A DNA stretch of 38,019 bases, from positions 1-38,019 of the forward strand of contig VFFY01000114.1 in the NCBI GenBank assembly GCA_009392675.1. The letters are read 5' to 3'. This document shows positions 35,882 to 38,019 of the stretch, one piece after another. Below the pieces are notes generated by a model, which saw only the letters and a list, made by a program, of their open reading frames with translations, made no database searches and had not been told where the DNA came from. Position 1 is the first letter of the stretch. Each line of letters starts with the position of its first letter. The position numbers and the translations under genes are program-made. The DNA comes from SAR202 cluster bacterium (GTDB taxonomy: Bacteria; Chloroflexota; Dehalococcoidia; Lucifugimonadales; UBA826).

Positions 35882-36193
35882 TTGACTCAAAGCCTAAAGA
35901 TAGACAAAGTTGGGATATACGGGGACAAAATTCTAATACGATGGACAGACGGTCACGAAAGTACATATGGTGCCAAAGAAATTAGAATCAGTTGCCAGTG
36001 TGCAGAATGTGTTGAAGAGTGGAGTAAAAGGCAACTGCTAGACCCAGCCACCATACCTTCAGACCTGGTAGCAGAGGACCATTTAATGATCGGTAATTAT
36101 GCGATCCAGTTTTTGTGGAGTGATGCACATTACACTGGCATTTTCCCTTTTGATACTTTGAGAAAATTGTGCCCTTGTAGTATCTGCACCTAA
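35882..36193 (+). CDS. DUF971 (gamma-butyrobetaine hydroxylase N-terminal-like) zinc-binding protein
   Basis: 103 aa with 'LIRWTDGHES', 'CQCAEC' and a C-terminal 'CPCSIC', the typical DUF971 pattern. TTG start. Confidence 0.65.
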   Translation: MTQSLKIDKVGIYGDKILIRWTDGHESTYGAKEIRISCQCAECVEEWSKRQLLDPATIPSDLVAEDHLMIGNYAIQFLWSDAHYTGIFPFDTLRKLCPCSICT

Positions 36194-36245
36194 TGCACCC
36201 TTTGATAGAACGCCACATCGGACGATTCCTTCAAGCGACGCAACA

Positions 36246-36285
36246 TCTGCTGATCAAAAAAAGAGCGGGTTATAAATAAACCCGC
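36246..36285. terminator. Bidirectional intrinsic terminator
   Basis: A 10-bp stem AGAGCGGGTT / AACCCGCTCT with a 7-nt loop. It is flanked by an A-run (36246-36252) and a T-run (36278-36285). It sits between the convergent DUF971 and DUF35 genes. Confidence 0.8.
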
Positions 36286-36303
36286 TCTTTTTTTTGCAAG
36301 CCT

Positions 36304-36714
36304 TTAGGCCGGTTTGAATTTAGGAAGGGCTAATTCGTCTGTTATGTCTTCAAACACAACTTCCAAAGCCATGCCAATTTGTAAATTCTCTGGCGTGGGA
36401 TCTTCGATGACAATATTAGTAGCCATCTTGGGTCCTTCTTCCAATTCAACTACTGCCGTCACAAAAGGAACATCGTCAACAAACCCTGGGTGAGGGGCTC
36501 TTTGAACTATTCCGTAAGTAAACAAAGTAGCTTTACCTGAAGCTTGTATCCAGTCTGTATCCTTCGAGAAGCAGCAAGGAGAAATATCTCGCGGATAAAA
36601 ATAGGCATTCCCGCAAGACTTACAGTTCCTCAACCATAATTCACCTTGTTTTGCCTTTTGCCAATAAACATCCGATTCCCCTTGAGGGACCGGTAATGGT
36701 TTGTTATAAGCCAT
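36304..36714 (-). CDS. DUF35 OB-fold / zinc-ribbon protein (thiolase-associated)
   Basis: 136 aa with the zinc ribbon 'CKSCGNAYFYPRDISPCC' followed by an OB-fold segment. It is located 16 nt downstream of the thiolase-like gene. Confidence 0.8.
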   Translation of the reverse strand: MAYNKPLPVPQGESDVYWQKAKQGELWLRNCKSCGNAYFYPRDISPCCFSKDTDWIQASGKATLFTYGIVQRAPHPGFVDDVPFVTAVVELEEGPKMATNIVIEDPTPENLQIGMALEVVFEDITDELALPKFKPA

Positions 36715-36730
36715 GTGTATACTCCTTAGA

Positions 36731-37873
36731 TTAATCTACTGCCAGAACAGTAGTGCCGGTGGAAGACAGTGACCCTCCGGTTCCGTTGATCAGACACAAT
36801 TTTGGATCGTCCAACTGTCTATCACCGCACTCCCCTCTTAGCTGCCTAACTGCTTCCAAAACTAAGAACATTCCATACATACCAGAGTGGGTGTAGGATA
36901 GCCCACCTCCCGATGTGTTCATAGCAAAATCCCCGCCTGGGGCTGTCCTTTGATTAGCCACAAAATCAGGAGCCTCTCCAGGTCCGCAAAACCCAAGGCT
37001 TTCCAAAGTAGCTAGTACAGTATAAGTAAAAGAGTCATAAATCATCGCGAGGTCAATATCATCGTGGGTAACACCCGATCTTTCTAATGCTAGTGGTCCA
37101 GTATTTTTTGCCACCGTACGCGTGAGATCCGGCATCTGGCTGATCAGATTGTGGTCGTGCGACTCTGCTGCGCCTAAAACCCATACAGGTTTTTTCTTGG
37201 CGTCTCGAGCCCTCTCTGCTGATGTGATCACGTATGCCCCTCCAGCATCCGTCACTAAACAGCAATCCAAAAGATGGAATGGCCAAGATATCCATCGTGA
37301 ATTATGGTAATCATCAAAAGACATATCATCTTTCATATAGGCTTTTGGGTTTAGCTGGGCCCACTTACGGGTAGCTACTGCAACCTCTGCCATGGCCTGA
37401 CGAGTTTTATCTTCCCCGTACTCATGCATATATCTCCTAGCTGCCATAGCGTAATTAATGGGTGCCCCAAGAAATCCGTATGGTGTTTCAAACTGTGACC
37501 CAGGGTCGGCAGCGTCACCACCTGGCCGGCTCCTTCTACTTCGCCCTGCCTCACCGTGGGTAACGAGTGCCACATCGCAATATCCAGCGTTAATGGCAGC
37601 CATAGCATGAGCGATATGAATTATAAAGGATGAGCCCCCGACAGCGGTGGTATCTGTAAAACTCGGCTCAATACCCAGATATTCAGCCAAATTCAACGTA
37701 GATGTACCCGCAGTAAAAAGCCCATTCACATCTTTCATAGACATGCCTGCGTCTTCCAAAGCGTTATAGGCTGCCTCAGCATGGTGAGTTAGATTCGATT
37801 TATCGGGAACTTTCCCAATCTCATCGGACTCATCCACTCCGACTATAGCAACCGTCTTTCTTAAATCTGTCAT
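36731..37873 (-). CDS. SCP-x/thiolase-like protein lacking an obvious nucleophilic Cys
   Basis: 380 aa, thiolase fold with 'VAIVGVDES' and 'NTSGGGLSYTHSGMYG...QLRGECG'. The segment where thiolases carry CxS/CAT reads 'TTAVGGSSFII'. SD GGGAGG is upstream. Confidence 0.7.
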   Translation of the reverse strand: MTDLRKTVAIVGVDESDEIGKVPDKSNLTHHAEAAYNALEDAGMSMKDVNGLFTAGTSTLNLAEYLGIEPSFTDTTAVGGSSFIIHIAHAMAAINAGYCDVALVTHGEAGRSRRSRPGGDAADPGSQFETPYGFLGAPINYAMAARRYMHEYGEDKTRQAMAEVAVATRKWAQLNPKAYMKDDMSFDDYHNSRWISWPFHLLDCCLVTDAGGAYVITSAERARDAKKKPVWVLGAAESHDHNLISQMPDLTRTVAKNTGPLALERSGVTHDDIDLAMIYDSFTYTVLATLESLGFCGPGEAPDFVANQRTAPGGDFAMNTSGGGLSYTHSGMYGMFLVLEAVRQLRGECGDRQLDDPKLCLINGTGGSLSSTGTTVLAVD

Positions 37874-38019
37874 TAATTTCGTACCTCCCTATTTAGATAC
37901 AATTTAGCGAACGGTACTTAGCAATCAAATAGCTGATTTGCAAAGTCCACGGGGAAGAATACATGTAATTCCCTATATACACAAACCCACCGAAAAACAG
38001 ATTTACCAATTAGTGAAAG

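Noticed and set aside
1-38019. CRISPR arrays, transposases/IS ends, integrases, prophage or defence-system genes
   Set aside because: I scanned the ORF translations and the intergenic regions. I recognised no direct-repeat/spacer arrays, no DDE or tyrosine/serine recombinase motifs, and no obvious terminal inverted repeats.

Overview
The window is a densely packed, mostly core-metabolism stretch of a bacterial chromosome with moderate to low GC. My guess at the source is a marine Chloroflexota/SAR202-like organism. That guess rests only on gene content: a Bacillus-like caa3 cluster, a T-box-controlled ilv-leu operon, many CaiB-type CoA-transferase and thiolase/DUF35 genes, and an RdhA-like gene. 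Confidence in the taxonomy is low.

Gene order:
- ftsK and a fused accD-accA (+ strand).
- An ilvB-ilvN-ilvC-leuA-leuC-leuD operon (- strand), preceded by a promoter and a Leu-type T-box leader with an intrinsic terminator.
- A non-classical succinate dehydrogenase/fumarate reductase made of SdhA, SdhB and an HdrB-like CCG subunit, with no membrane anchor gene.
- A UMF1-type MFS transporter and tRNA-Pro(CGG).
- A complete caa3 cytochrome oxidase biogenesis cluster: ctaA-ctaB-ctaCDEF-ctaG, a small 2-TM ORF and sco1.
- A long same-strand array: tandem CoA-transferase, GT-C/PA14 glycosyltransferase, TauE, thrS, infC, rpmI, rplT.
- A monocistronic SelW-like gene, a cytoplasmic QueG/RdhA-like Fe-S protein, a DUF971 protein, and a DUF35 plus thiolase-like pair.

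The most notable hidden signal is a SelW-like/Rdx gene whose true N-terminus, including the redox motif C-V-P-U, lies upstream of an in-frame TGA. The ORF track therefore truncates it. Its own promoter, strong SD and terminator support selenocysteine recoding.

I saw no CRISPR arrays, transposases, integrases or obvious defence systems. I do not see a convincing wholly novel multi-gene system, so the findings are individual oddities ranked honestly.
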